Assembly: GCA_028534125.1 (NCBI GenBank) | Contig: CM052832.1 | Span: 18,540,001-18,604,000 of the forward strand | Length of the DNA stretch: 64,000 bases | Source of the DNA: Lama glama | Lineage: Eukaryota | Reading direction: 5' to 3' | Shown: in pieces, positions 63,206-64,000 of the stretch | Layout: each line of letters opens with the position of its first letter | Position numbering within the stretch: position 1 is the stretch's first letter | Made by a program: the position numbers and the translations under genes | Notes under the pieces: generated by a model | The model's database searches: none | The model's input: the letters and a program-made list of their open reading frames with translations, nothing else | What the model was told of the DNA's origin: nothing

Positions 63206-64000
63206 ACAGCCTCCTATGTAAAAATGCATTTTTTCTCATCCATCTCATGAGAAAGTATGAGAGTGGATCTAGCATAAGTAGTTAAAAAATACTTATCTGT
63301 CCTCCTTGAATCCTGAAATGTTGACTGTTACTGGGAAATGCTTATTCAGTATAATCTTAACTATATACAAACTATACATAGAAATGGAGTCAGTTAATAG
63401 TAGATCTATTTCAGTGTAGAGATTGTTTTTCTTCTCTCTACTTTCAAATTTCTCTATGGATGTATAATTTTTATAATTTGAAAATGAAAAGAAATGATAA
63501 AATGAGTGCTAAGGGCTAGTAGTTCTTGCGAGGGGCACAGATTTGATTCAGTTCTTTAGGTTAAGTATTATCCCCTCTTGCCAGCCATCTTCTTATCAAC
63601 AGCAGAGAAAAGCAGATGGTGTATCTAGCAGGGAAAAGAATAAACTTTTGGGAGGCCTGGGGACAGGAACTCTCATAACCTCCAGCCAGACAGCCTGGTC
63701 GTATCTGGCATCCCATTTATTTGGCTTCCAATATTACTGTTCACATTTCTGCTTCTCTTTGATGAGTGCTAGGAATCTTGAATGTCTTGCCTTTCCACTT
63801 TCTAGTTTAGCTTGTAGATTCTTTTGTTCATTTTCTTGCTGTGCTGTGTGAGCTACAGGCTCTTAAAAAATCCTGTGCAGAAATTACTGTGCTGCTTCAG
63901 AGACTTGCTGTCTCTTCACGCTGGCAGAGGACAGCCTTCGGTACCATTTTCCAGAGGTTCAAGAAAAAGATGTTCTGGTAACCAAATAATCTTGATACAG

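Overview
Mammalian, repeat-rich genomic DNA. It is most likely camelid, because it carries three Vic-1-type tRNA-derived SINEs. The window covers the SCGN-histone-SLC17A region. It holds the last two coding exons of SLC17A1 (+), a complete 11-coding-exon SLC17A4 (-, about 500 aa), a heavily decayed divergent histone H2A/H2B pseudogene pair with a recognisable bidirectional promoter and 3' stem-loop, and the last exon of secretagogin SCGN (-). The rest is mostly L1, L2, MIR, LTR and hAT remnants, plus three assembly gaps. Two observations stand out. First, a net 1-bp deletion in the last SLC17A4 exon replaces the ancestral C-terminal PDZ-type motif FTHL* with [10 protein letters not shown]. Second, no intact TH2A/TH2B (H2AC1/H2BC1) pair is visible between SLC17A4 and SCGN, only a dead pair whose regulatory signals look better preserved than its coding sequence. 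Gene and repeat names come from my recollection of orthologues and consensus sequences, not from a database search.
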